Of a stretch of 64,000 nt of DNA, positions 1 to 10,463 are shown piece by piece; positions within the stretch are counted from its first letter, which is position 1, and each line of letters starts with the position of its first letter. The notes under the pieces are model-generated. The model saw only the letters and a program-made list of their open reading frames with translations, made no database searches and was not told where the DNA came from. Location: NCBI RefSeq assembly GCF_011745625.1, contig NW_027191453.1, positions 1,178,001-1,242,000 on the forward strand. The letters are read 5' to 3'. The DNA comes from Cladosporium halotolerans (Eukaryota). The translations under genes were made by a program, and so were the position numbers.

Positions 1-25
1 CTCCCTTCTGGACTCCTTCCAGAAC

Positions 26-2512
26 ATGTCCATCCGCAAATGGGACACATTTCATGTTCCCCACAAGCACGATAAGGATCTCTGGGACCCGCTGGCTTCG
101 TCTGCGAAGAAATCTACCACTCCTTCCATGCCGGCCCGCTCCACTACATGCCCCAAATCTCTCGAGGACTTGCTCATTGGTTCCGGCGAGCGTCGCGCTG
201 CAGACCTCCTCCACAGAGTCGACCAAGCTATTGCGACGCAATCAAAACTCGCTTTGGGCCACGTCCTCAGTGAGCCGGAAGTGCTTCCCGTCCCGGAAGC
301 CGACGACAGTACCTGCACGCAGATGCACGTCCGCCAATCAAGCCGCCACAGCCATTCTTCTGACAGTGGCATTGGATCTAGCGTCGCATCCGAATCTGGC
401 AAGTGTCCCACGACCGGTGAGGCCGCCCTGCATACTCGACCCTCTGTCTATAAGTTCCCCGCTGATCTCGATCCAGATTCTCCAGACCTTTCCTCCGCTT
501 CCAAATCGATGTCCGCCATCTCAGCGGCCACCGAGGAACGCGGTCTGAGCGAGTATGCCAAAGAGCAAATCCACCGCCATATCATTCAGCCGATTCTCCG
601 CGAGCCCTCACTGAAGGAATTCCATCAACTCCTCAAAGACGTCCCACACCGCATCGGCAGCAGGGAGATTAAGAACCTGCGCGACCTCGAGAAGACTCTC
701 ATCTTCTGTGCACCGGTAAGTACCTGCAACCGCTTCACGTCGGATTGCGCATTTACTCATGGTGTTTCTGGCGTAAAGGATTATTCGCGCACACCGAGGA
801 AGTACCTGCACTTCTGCGAACGCACGATCCGAGTTCTGCACACGACGGTCACCACCCTCCACGAGAGCGACCAACGCGCACCGACCGATCGACCGTACAC
901 GCAAGGCTACTTCTTCGACTTGGTTGAGCAGGTGTGTTTTGGCTGCATTGATCCGGCAATCAGCCTCGCCGTTATTGACATCATCGAACAGATCCGCAGA
1001 TACGCCACTATTCTGGCGGCCACCAGAGAAAGGCAGGCCAAGGGCGAAAAGGCTGAAGAGATGGATTACTCACCGTATGGATCGACCCTGAGTGTTGCGA
1101 TCGGTCGCATGGATCTTCCAAGCGCCCATCAATGCTCCTCATCATCTTCCGATGGTTCACACGCTAACCCACAATGCAGGGACGAGACTGTCTCGCTACA
1201 TGGTGGTCTGAGTCACAACGGAAAGCCCGCCGAGCTTGTCCGTCACAAGGATGGCAAGACTATTTCTCTTGCTACAGGTCGCGTTCTTTCCTCGGACGAG
1301 ACGGCTCATTCATCTTCGAAGCGCGCCATGTCGGACGCTGGCCTGGATGATGCCGACGACGACGACGTGCTTCGCTCCATGGCCAGGCGCAAGAAGAACG
1401 CCAAGCCAGAGATACACGAGTGCCCGCAGTGCGAGAAAGAGTTCAAGCGCCCATGCGACCTCACCAAGCACATCAAGACGCACGACAGACCATACAAGTG
1501 CCCTAACACAAAGTGCAAGTATCACGAATATGGCTGGCCGACGGAGAAAGAGTGTGAGCGCCACGTCAACGATAAGCACTCCGCAGCGCCCTCGTTGTAC
1601 CACTGCCTGTTCAAGCCTTGCCCGTATACATCGAAGCGTGAGAGCAACTGCAAGCAGCACATGGAGAAGGCACACGGCTGGGCCTATGTGCGTTCGAAGA
1701 ACAATGGCAAGGGCAAAGCGTCGGAGGTCTCTCGCTTGCCAAAGGGTCCTGTGCCGCCATCTCCCTCATCGATGATGTTGACGCCGCTTACCCCGATCGC
1801 GCCCTCTCCTTCCACTTCGGCACAGTCATGGGCAACTGGATCACGCCACAGCTCCATGGCGCCGCCGCCCGTCCCTAGCCACTACGGCACGCCAGCCTTC
1901 GTGCAGCCATCACCTGACTTCGCTGGACACTTCAACATGGATTTTGACTTCAACAACATGGAAGCATTCCCCATGACCCCAGCTCTCAGCGAGGACCGAC
2001 GTGACTCCGCGAGCACATCCGACTCCGGCATGATGTTCGACAGCAACAGCAACACGTTCGCCGCAAACTTCTCTCCCAACGACTTCTCCTTCGATACGAC
2101 CTACCAATTCGGCGACTTCAATATGCAGCAGCAAACCCCCGACTCCGCCGTCGGCCCAAGCTCCAGCAACATCCACAGCCACCCGTCCATCCACGGCGGC
2201 GTCCTGGTTGGCTCCAACGACCAGCAGGTCTCGCCTCACGCCCAGATGGCAGACCCGACTTTCACGCCGGACCTCTACGACGACATGAACGTCGATGACA
2301 CCTTCGCAAGCGACGTCGACGGCCAGGACTTCACTCTCTTCGGCGCCCGCGCGCCCGCCACTTCCGCCGGCGAGATGTTCCCGTCGCTTGCGGAGGGCTC
2401 GGGGAACTGGGGCAATTTCGCCGGCCAGTATGACAACAGCAAGCAGCAGACGCTGCGCATGCGGACCGAGAGCAGCGTGCTGCACGAGCTGTTCCCGGAG
2501 CTGAACAATTGA
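26..2512 (+). CDS. sltA: C2H2 zinc-finger transcription factor of the SltA/Ace1 family; may be 5'-truncated by the window edge
   Basis: Three C2H2 fingers with family-typical sequence (FKRPCDLTKH..TH, GWPTEKECERHVNDKH, CPYTSKRESNCKQHMEKAHGW.YVRSKNNG) and N-terminal blocks SDSGIGSS and LRDLEKTLIF. The frame is open upstream of ATG 26. Inferred introns are 417-476, 716-778, 932-991 and 1075-1179. Confidence 0.92.
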   Translation: MSIRKWDTFHVPHKHDKDLWDPLASSAKKSTTPSMPARSTTCPKSLEDLLIGSGERRAADLLHRVDQAIATQSKLALGHVLSEPEVLPVPEADDSTCTQMHVRQSSRHSHSSDSGIGSSVASESGKCPTTGEAALHTRPSVYKFPADLDPDSPDLSSASKSMSAISAATEERGLSEYAKEQIHRHIIQPILREPSLKEFHQLLKDVPHRIGSREIKNLRDLEKTLIFCAPVSTCNRFTSDCAFTHGVSGVKDYSRTPRKYLHFCERTIRVLHTTVTTLHESDQRAPTDRPYTQGYFFDLVEQVCFGCIDPAISLAVIDIIEQIRRYATILAATRERQAKGEKAEEMDYSPYGSTLSVAIGRMDLPSAHQCSSSSSDGSHANPQCRDETVSLHGGLSHNGKPAELVRHKDGKTISLATGRVLSSDETAHSSSKRAMSDAGLDDADDDDVLRSMARRKKNAKPEIHECPQCEKEFKRPCDLTKHIKTHDRPYKCPNTKCKYHEYGWPTEKECERHVNDKHSAAPSLYHCLFKPCPYTSKRESNCKQHMEKAHGWAYVRSKNNGKGKASEVSRLPKGPVPPSPSSMMLTPLTPIAPSPSTSAQSWATGSRHSSMAPPPVPSHYGTPAFVQPSPDFAGHFNMDFDFNNMEAFPMTPALSEDRRDSASTSDSGMMFDSNSNTFAANFSPNDFSFDTTYQFGDFNMQQQTPDSAVGPSSSNIHSHPSIHGGVLVGSNDQQVSPHAQMADPTFTPDLYDDMNVDDTFASDVDGQDFTLFGARAPATSAGEMFPSLAEGSGNWGNFAGQYDNSKQQTLRMRTESSVLHELFPELNN

Positions 2513-3627
2513 TGGGGTGTTACGGACATCAGGACTTTTCGAGGACGGTTAACGACTTTTTGATTTTAAATGGCGTTCTGAGCGATTTGGGTGGGTTTTG
2601 GGTATAAGCATATTTTACGACAGGGGCCCGATGGGCTGATATTGTGGAGGAGGCATAAGAAGCAAGAAGCGGCACAGGATGGGAGGAAAGGCATAGCGGT
2701 CCAGAAGACCGATTGGAGAGAAGGGGGAGAGAGGAGAGCACAGACTGCCATCATCACTGGGTCCAGATCGCGCTTTGCGAGAAACAACATTCTCTGCGGA
2801 TTCAAGGCGTTGGCGGGGGGGATTAATTTGTTCTCCAAGATTGATCTTGCACACCTCAGAAGACGAAGAAGGTGAAAACGGACACCCCAAAAAGAAAAAA
2901 AAAACCAGAGGTTGTCATTGTAGCATTAGCTTTTTTTTTTTTGCCTTTCTCCTCCCTCGGTCAGCACACAGAACTCCGCTTTCTTGGAAGCCAGCGAGAG
3001 ATAATGGAATCAGCATTACCCGGCATCAATTCTCCACTTCGCCTTTCCTTTCCCCCCTCTCCAGTCTCTGTAGTCAGCATTATCGATGAGCGTGATGGCG
3101 TTTGCGACGATCACGAATGGAGGACAGATGCAGCCATTCCCTCCTCGACCGTGCGGGTGCTGGCCGGGCGTTAAATGCTTGCTTGCTTAAGCTGCGCAGG
3201 TGATGGGCGGTCCTGCGCGCCTTTTTATTCTGTCTGTTTGTCTGTCCTGTCTGGTGTGATACTGTGGGCGTGAGAGCTGAGACTTGCGCCCGCGCATAGA
3301 TATATTTTTTGTGCTGATGCTGGGTTCTGGCGTTCAGAGCAAAAAGACTACCTTGCTTTCCGGTCTGATCGCGAGGATACACCATCGGCATTCAGTTCCT
3401 GGATTCGAGAGTGGCGCTCGAGAGGCATTGGTGGGTGTGAAGTGAGATATACACCGACGGCAACTATCCATCGACTCACGACGCAGAAGAGAAAGCGCAT
3501 ACGCATCCGCGTACCATCGAGTCTAGAACCACCACAACGTGATACGGACGCCTGGCCTTCAGAATACTCAACGACTCCACACCAAGCCATCCTATCAACC
3601 ACCAACACCACCCCCCAGCAGCCCAAA

Positions 3628-4794
3628 ATGCCCCTCTCACCAACCAACCCCTCCCCATCCCCCTCCCAAACCCGCCCCGCCTCCCTCCTCGCCCACCCCC
3701 TCTCCGCCCCCGAACTCGACCCCGACCTCCTCCTCAGCGCCGCCCACCTCGGCGGCATCTTCCACCACCCACGCTGGTCCGGCTCCAACATCGGCGTGCA
3801 CGAGCTGGAACTCGACGGCTCCAGCCTCGGAGAACCCCATCAGGAGCAGACCAGCAAGCGCAAATGGTCGCAGCGCCTCAGCGAGACGCTGTTCGATTTC
3901 GGCAAGCGGGTGAAAAAACGTGCGGGGAGTCTGGTCCCGAGGCGGGATTCGGTCGCGCCGGGTGAGCGCTTGGGCGAGAGCGGAGGGTGGAGTTCGGAGG
4001 CGCTGGTTGGGAGTGGGGAGGGGAGTCGCGATGGCGATGGGGATGGGGATGGGGATGACGAGTGGAGTGAGGGAGACGAGGTTGCCGGCGACCGCGAGCG
4101 GCGGGACGGAGGTATGCACCGCTTGACGGCTGACGAGTGGGTGTTGCAGCTGCAGAGGGAGCGGGAGCGGGCGGAGCTCGAAGTCGAAGTTGAGAGGATC
4201 GAGTACGCTTATCCGAATGCTGGGCCGGTGACGAGGCGGAATGTGAGGGTGCGGAGGACGCTGAGCGGGGCGTCGGAGAGGCTGCGGGAGCTGGATGAGG
4301 AGGCGCGGGAGGCGAGGTTTGCGGAGGTCAGGAGGCGGCAGGAGGAGCGGGCAAGGTTGGCGATGCTGGAGCGTGGGGTGCGGATTGCTGAGAGGGAGGG
4401 CGCGTTTAACGATGCGACTAGGGGAAAGATGTTCGCGGCGTCGATGGCGCACCGGACTACTGATGAGATTCGGGCGAAGGCTTCGGCGATTTGGAGGGAG
4501 CGGGTCGAGGCGAGAGAGAGGAGGATAGACGAGGAGTATCGCCGATGGATGGCCGGGGAGAGGAGGACGTCCTGGTCAAAGGTACGCGGTAGGGTGATGA
4601 GCTGGGTCCGGCCTGAGAGCAAAAGTAAGTCGCCACGTAGCTTCAAGGACACCGCGGGAGAAGTGGCCGGTGCGAGCCGGTCGAACCGGGCGGCAGCCGA
4701 TGAAAACAGGGATCGGGAGAGGCGAGAAGAAAATGTTCAAGCGATTAGGTATGCCGGTTGGGGTATGCAGAGTGTGCCATGGGTCATCTTTTGA
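3628..4794 (+). CDS. Hypothetical protein, Pro/Ser-rich N-terminus and E/R-rich probable coiled coil
   Basis: Long uninterrupted ORF. The first in-frame ATG in good context (aaaATG) is at 3628, whereas the ORF track starts at GTG 3442. No recognised domain. Confidence 0.6.
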   Translation: MPLSPTNPSPSPSQTRPASLLAHPLSAPELDPDLLLSAAHLGGIFHHPRWSGSNIGVHELELDGSSLGEPHQEQTSKRKWSQRLSETLFDFGKRVKKRAGSLVPRRDSVAPGERLGESGGWSSEALVGSGEGSRDGDGDGDGDDEWSEGDEVAGDRERRDGGMHRLTADEWVLQLQRERERAELEVEVERIEYAYPNAGPVTRRNVRVRRTLSGASERLRELDEEAREARFAEVRRRQEERARLAMLERGVRIAEREGAFNDATRGKMFAASMAHRTTDEIRAKASAIWRERVEARERRIDEEYRRWMAGERRTSWSKVRGRVMSWVRPESKSKSPRSFKDTAGEVAGASRSNRAAADENRDRERREENVQAIRYAGWGMQSVPWVIF

Positions 4795-4924
4795 TTCATC
4801 GGACATAACTCACCAGCTCTGCCGCCATCAGTCGTGGTCGCAAAAGGAGGCTTGTAATGATGGCTCCACTACCATATTTGTAGATTCAGCTTTTGACCGA
4901 GAACATAGCCCACAAGACGTAGAC

Positions 4925-6480
4925 TTAGATACTCAAATCGTCCTCCTCAGTGAATCTTTCAAGAAGCGCAACCTTCCAATCTTGGAACAGTCTTGCCTGT
5001 TCTGGCAGAAGCGCAGCAGTATCCTCAAGCGACCGCCGCAACGCGTCAAGCTCGAATCCAGGCATCTCTATCTCACCCTGGGACAAGCTGTGCGCGTCGA
5101 GGCGAGCCTCCTGCGCCTCAGCAGGCGCCTGCTTCCATAAGACCTTGGTCACTCTTAAGGGTCTGTTTTCTGGAGAAGCCGAAGAGGCAATCCCGAGGTC
5201 AGGAGTGAACAGCCATAGAAGAAGGGCTTTGTGCGTGCCGGTTTTGGAAGTGACGATGAATCTTCGAAGACCTTGATCGTCCATTGCGCTCAAGAGATGA
5301 CACGACAGCCACTTCGTTACGCTAAAGGATTGCAGCCGTTCAGCGCCGTGCGATACGGATAAAGCGAGTTTGGAGAGCTTGTAGCTGTTTGTCACGCTAT
5401 CCAAAGTTCCAAGCGGTGTATTGCAGGAAGAGCAGACAAGGGCATTCTGGGCGGTCGTGTCATTGGCCTGGGCAGCATCCACCATCTGATCAAAGAGCTG
5501 GTCAGTGGACGAAGAGTGACAGAAAGAGAATGGGAGGAAGTTCTGGTAGAGGCGTATGCAATTCGTAATACAGAACTAACCAAATTCATGTACCGTATCA
5601 ATGCGATATCTCAACCAAGCCCGTGAGCTTAGAGACTTTGGCGGCGAGACATCAAGATCGGCGGAGCGCTGCCTCGCGGTTTGCCCACGGCTTGCGCCAA
5701 GGCAAATCCAGTACCGCAACGCTCACTTGTTGTTGGGTCAACATTATCACGAGTTTCCATTGTAGCAACCTTGCAGCCAGGAAGTTTCGGTTCTTTATTG
5801 TGACCCGCGAGCATGGAAGGATGAGTACCCACCTGGACGTTGGTGCAATCATCTGTGGCAAGGATGAAGCTGGTCGCGTTGATTAATCCGATGGTAGAAG
5901 CTATTGTAAGCGTACTCCCCGCTGCGTATCCCTTCTTTGCAGTCTGGTGAGTGCCGTCGGCCGGCTCGGCAGGTTTGTGGCAATGCCAGAACTCCATCAT
6001 CTCCGCCCAGCTTTCGGAAGGTAAGTCTTTCCACTGCTGGATCGTGCCGGGGTGCATTATCGTTCCGTTGCACTTGTTGCAGTGGAGCGCTATTTGATTC
6101 GATAGCGTTCGAGAAGTCCACGGAACGATCGTGGTCGTTTCTCCAACTTGCCTTTTCTCCCCTGTCCCTTGGTGACCTTCAACGGCTCGTGTTGTGCCTC
6201 CCAAGGCACGGCCTGCGAGGTTAGCAGTCTCGTCGATCCTTAACCGAAAGCTCAAATCTTTGCTCGGTCGAGCAGGCAGAACCAAATTCCCTCTTGCATG
6301 ATCAGGAACCGCCACTGGAAGCTTGATGGTAGTGGTCACACTTTCGTGAGAAAGCGAGAAGTCGCCGCCGTCACCTGAGAGCCAGATCCTTGTGTCTTCG
6401 TTGACGAACGAAGAAAGGATCGCCTGAATGGTCAACGACCGAATGTTGACCAAGTGCTCAGAGTACAGATGCGCTGCCAT
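4925..6480 (-). CDS. IPA1: HECT_2-family (UBE3D/Ipa1-like) ubiquitin-conjugating-enzyme-binding protein
   Basis: Signature WKDLPSESWAEMMEFWHCHKP plus two CxxC pairs. Exons 6480-5833 and 5485-4925 join in phase 0 across a 347-nt GT-AG intron (5832-5486, branch ACTGAC at 5506-5501). Confidence 0.82.
5586..5810 (-). ncRNA. Candidate intronic box H/ACA guide RNA (snR81-like pocket for U2 snRNA)
   Basis: Hairpin closed by GGGTCA/TGACCC with an internal loop AAAGAA | GATAATGT, then an H-box match ACAACA (5733-5728). A second structured domain is closed by GTGAGC/GCTCAC, with ACA at 5591-5589. Ends are approximate. Confidence 0.5.
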
Positions 6481-6813
6481 GGTGCTCGCGGACGGTTGCC
6501 TTCACGAGGGGTTGTTGAAAGTTGTTGTCGCAGGTGAAGTGAAGCTGCGTGGAAAGTCGAGGTTCAACGCGGAAGTGGCAAGCGCGAAGAGCGGGCGCGC
6601 GCGTGCATATGCCTGAGGCAGCTTAGCCGGCCCTCACAATGATGGCAGGCAAGAACAGAGCACGAGCCTCGTGTCTGAAAATGAAAAAGGGCATGAGCAT
6701 GTGACAATCAAATTGTATATAATATGATAGAACTTTTGCTCTCAAGAGCTCGTCGAAGTGTCTAGCTGGATCCCACTTTACAGACTTGGAATATCCAGTA
6801 AGCCTGCCACCGG

Positions 6814-8004
6814 CTATTGCCTGACCTTCGCGCCAGGGACACCGGTCTTCAAAATTTCAGCGTTACCCTTGTACTCCTGAGGCTGGCCTGCAATGGCACC
6901 GCGGTACAGAGCATCTCTGACGCCTCGTCTAATTCCATCCTCGAGCGAGACAATAGGCCTGTAACCCAGCCTGCGCTTCGCCTTGTCGATGTTGAAGTAA
7001 CGCGCAACACACGCATAAGTGACTCTTTGCTGAGTAAGAGTAGGCTCGCCCTTCCTGAGAATCCAGAAGATCCACTCAAGCATCCAGGCAATGAACAGAC
7101 TGAGGTCCCTTGAAAGAGCCCAGGCAGAGACAGGGTCGGTCTGGTCGCCCATCTCAGCCCAGCATCTACGAGCAAAGTCGAAGAAGTAGACAGGCTGGTC
7201 GTTGGTGATGAGAAACGCCTCACCGTCAACACGCTCGTGTTCCAGAGGCACTGCGAGACCATTGGACGCGCGCTCATGCGTGGCAAGGAGAGCTGCAAGG
7301 GCAAGGTGGTGAGCGTGAGCGATGTTGGTGATCTCGGTGTAGTCGAAGAGGTTCTCGTTGTCACCGAGCTGGAATTTGGCTTGTCCGCGATAGTAGGAGG
7401 CAAGCATGGGCGGCAGAAGCTGTACGTCGCCAGGGCCGAACATAGCACTGGGCCTGATGGCTGCAGTGAGGAAGTTGGGATGCGAGGCGGCGCGGTTGGC
7501 TGCAAGGACATGGAGCTCGGCCTGGGCCTTAGTGGTAGTGTAGTATTGAGGCTGATCCTTGCCCATGATGATAGGGTAGCTCTCGTCGGCGCAGATCAGA
7601 TTGGAGCGCGTGTCGTGGATGATACTGGCCGAGCTGGTGTACACAAACGCCTTGACTCCCGTCTCTTGCGCAACTCTCACCAAAGTCTTGGTGCCTTCCA
7701 CGTTCACTTTGTACATGAGCGCATCAATCTTCACGTGTGCGTTGGGGCTGGCAGTGTGTATGACAGCGTCAGGCTTGATCTTCTGGAAGAGCGCGAGCAT
7801 GGCATCGTAGTCGGTGATGTCGCCAAAGGTGTACTCAACACCCGGAACAGGGTTGGGGGCCGGCTTCAAGTCGAGCACTGTGATCTTGCTGGCTGCCTTG
7901 CGGTCGTTGATCAGGGACACAATTTGGTGTCCCAGAAACCCAGCTCCTCCAGTGACAACGACATGGCCGAGCGACCTAGTGACCTCCTGAGGGGGACCTG
8001 ACAT
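6814..8004 (-). CDS. ERG26: C-3 sterol dehydrogenase/decarboxylase (3-beta-HSD family)
   Basis: VVVTGGAGFLG Rossmann motif, VIHTASP, FVYTSSAS, catalytic YTTTK, IRPSAMFGPGD, FQLGDNENLFDYT and AKRRLGYRP; 396 aa, no intron needed. Confidence 0.9.
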   Translation of the reverse strand: MSGPPQEVTRSLGHVVVTGGAGFLGHQIVSLINDRKAASKITVLDLKPAPNPVPGVEYTFGDITDYDAMLALFQKIKPDAVIHTASPNAHVKIDALMYKVNVEGTKTLVRVAQETGVKAFVYTSSASIIHDTRSNLICADESYPIIMGKDQPQYYTTTKAQAELHVLAANRAASHPNFLTAAIRPSAMFGPGDVQLLPPMLASYYRGQAKFQLGDNENLFDYTEITNIAHAHHLALAALLATHERASNGLAVPLEHERVDGEAFLITNDQPVYFFDFARRCWAEMGDQTDPVSAWALSRDLSLFIAWMLEWIFWILRKGEPTLTQQRVTYACVARYFNIDKAKRRLGYRPIVSLEDGIRRGVRDALYRGAIAGQPQEYKGNAEILKTGVPGAKVRQ

Positions 8005-8476
8005 TGTGAGAGCTGAGATTGATTCCTTGGCTGAATTGTCAGGTGAAGGTTGTCCTGGAGAATCTTTACAGGCGATATATCGTTCGTGAGATTGGCGTGA
8101 AGTGCGACAGTCGTGAAGACAAGGTTGGCAAGGGTATCAACAAGTCGGCGATTGAGCCAAGTGGATTTTCCTCTCTCCGCGTCCGGGCCCCGCATCGAAC
8201 CACGTCCCGATTCCACAACGCGCCACCTGTTCCTGCACTTGACGTTCATAATAATCTGGGCACGCTCTGTGTACACTGTCTGTATGTTTTATTATCGTTT
8301 TGACAATATTCCGAATGGTTGGCCTGCCGCTGACTCATGCGCGCTGCATATGTTTTCCATACGGCAAACTCAGAGCTGCAGTGGACATGCACCCCCTGCC
8401 ACAAGGCAAGAACTTATTACTCCCGACGCGCTCTGTCGAGCCCTGAGTCGTCCGTTCATCACAAATGAACCCCCGT

Positions 8477-9476
8477 TCACTTCCTCCACTGCCAGAGCAC
8501 GACTGATAGTGCCAGCATTACGATGGGCACGGCTTTCTTCGCAATATCCACCAAACCCCTTCGAATGCCCTCTGCGATGTATAGCGATATCTTCTCGGTG
8601 ACTGACTCGGCGTCATTGATGCGAGGAAACGGACAATTTGGAACGGGCTTGCCCAGAAACTTGCAAAGAGGGTTCCACTCCTGCTCTAGCTTGAAAAGCA
8701 ACAATCGCTCCGGCGGCGTGACTCGCTTCACGAGCTCGTTGTGCGCGCGATAAGCGGCCTTCGCGTTTCGACGCAATTGCTCGAAGTGCGCAGGATTATT
8801 CATGCACCAGGATTCTCTTTTTTCCTGGACATGGAAGTAATGCTTCGATGCCAAGTCGAACAAGCGGAACATTGGCCCCAGGAACGTCCGGTCGATCTTC
8901 GTGACAAATGGGATGACTGGGTTTTCGAAGCCAGCAATCACGGTACTGGAGAAACTCTCATACCACTTGTCGACATCTCGCTCAACAAGGATGACTTTCG
9001 CCTCTGGGTATGCGGCCACCAGCTCTTCTGCCATCACTGCAGCTGGCTGGTCCGTACACGCTCCCACGTGGCCCATGAGATGGTCAAAGTCTCCGCGATC
9101 CAGCGCCATGCGGTTTTGCTTCGTCGGATCAAATTTCGACTCCAGTGCCTCAGCCCAGAGGACCGTGTCAGGTGGGTTCTCCACCATTTTCACCCAGTGA
9201 TACGACGGTATACCGAGGGTTTCAAAAGCAGCAGCCATTGCTAGGACAAGTCAATGCAAGTGACGCAGTTATGCTGATATAAGCAGCGTGAGTGCAAACA
9301 GACGCACTGAGCAGTGGCAGCTTTGACCTGAAGGAAAGGGTTCAGAACTTACACATCGTTCCCGTGCGTGAGTAGCCCAGGGAAAGCACTTCCATCGGTA
9401 CTGTGCGTGTCCGTTGGCGAGGATCATCGTTTCGAGTGCGATCAAGCTCAGGGTGTCTTTCTCGTGCGGTCGACAT
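8477..9476 (-). CDS. P-loop sulfotransferase-like (Sulfotransfer_4-type) protein with C-terminal hydrophobic anchor
   Basis: Exon 1 (9476-9353) encodes MEVLSLGYSRTGTM, followed by intron 9352-9241 (GTAAGT...TAG). Exon 2 has YPEAKVILVERDVDKWYESF and WNPLCKFLGKPVP..PFPRIND. Confidence 0.8.
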
Positions 9477-10463
9477 TCTGGTTCATGTAACGTGCTTCTA
9501 TGTTTTGCAAAGAGAAGCGGGCAGTGTGAAGAAGTACCCAAATGACCTTGGATTGCCTTTTGAACTATCTCAGCTCGGGTAATAACCGAGCGAGTAGGTC
9601 ATCCGCTCTGTATGCATCCTTGTACCTGCAAGATAGCGTACATGTGATGCCCCAATAAGCAAGCTATCCGTTGATCCTTCCCAACGCGATTTGGTGCTGT
9701 TTACTAAAATTACGGGTGTGCAGCCGAGAAGAAACCCAGAGCCAGCAGAATGGCAAGCGTTCAAATACGCTCATGTTGCACCTCCGCGTCAATAAAATAC
9801 AGGCAGGCTGAAGTTGAGGGGAACTCCGCTTCCGAAGGTGAACAGCTGCTTCAAAATGCGCCTTTCTGCGCAGGTAACTGTTTCCATGACTCTGCACGTT
9901 AACGCCAGCCAATAGCATACCTTGCAGAGTCATTGCACCCCGCAGAATATTGTTGTCCATGCATGAAATGGAGACGTTGTTCCATTTTGAGGCAGTCTTG
10001 GCGGGCGCTTAAAGACATGAGCGGATTGCACTTCCATTGGCCTACAACACACAAGGCATCACCCAACTTTACGCACATTCCACCGTGCACTGTCTGAAGT
10101 CCTGGAAATCTTGCCAGAGCACAGATCTCTTGTTTCGAGCAAGCGGTTCTGCTGTGTAAATGCAGGCCAATGGGTGGGCATTGTCTGACAGCTAGCCGTT
10201 CGGTGAGGCGCCAAGGTGAGTAAAGAATGACTATACATTCGAGGTCTGGAGCGCATCAGCCAGTATTGCTTCATCACCCATCCTTCTTTTGTTCGTTGCT
10301 TGAGCGCCTGCTTCCTTTCTGTTGTCAGCATCTTTTTTTTGTCACACGGTACACGCAATCCCATCGTCGCTCTTTTCGGCAATTTGACACTGAACACATC
10401 AACGGCGCTGGCGCCTACCTTTCCTTTGCATTCGAATCAAAGTTAATACCATTGATCGCAATA

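Noticed and set aside
2889..2942. A-tract/T-tract pair resembling an intrinsic terminator hairpin
   Set aside because: Eukaryotic 3'-UTR homopolymers; bacterial-type terminators are not relevant here.
3637..4452. Long antisense ORFs here and opposite ERG26, chitin synthase, the zinc-knuckle gene and others
   Set aside because: Shadow frames caused by GC-rich codon bias of the real gene on the other strand.
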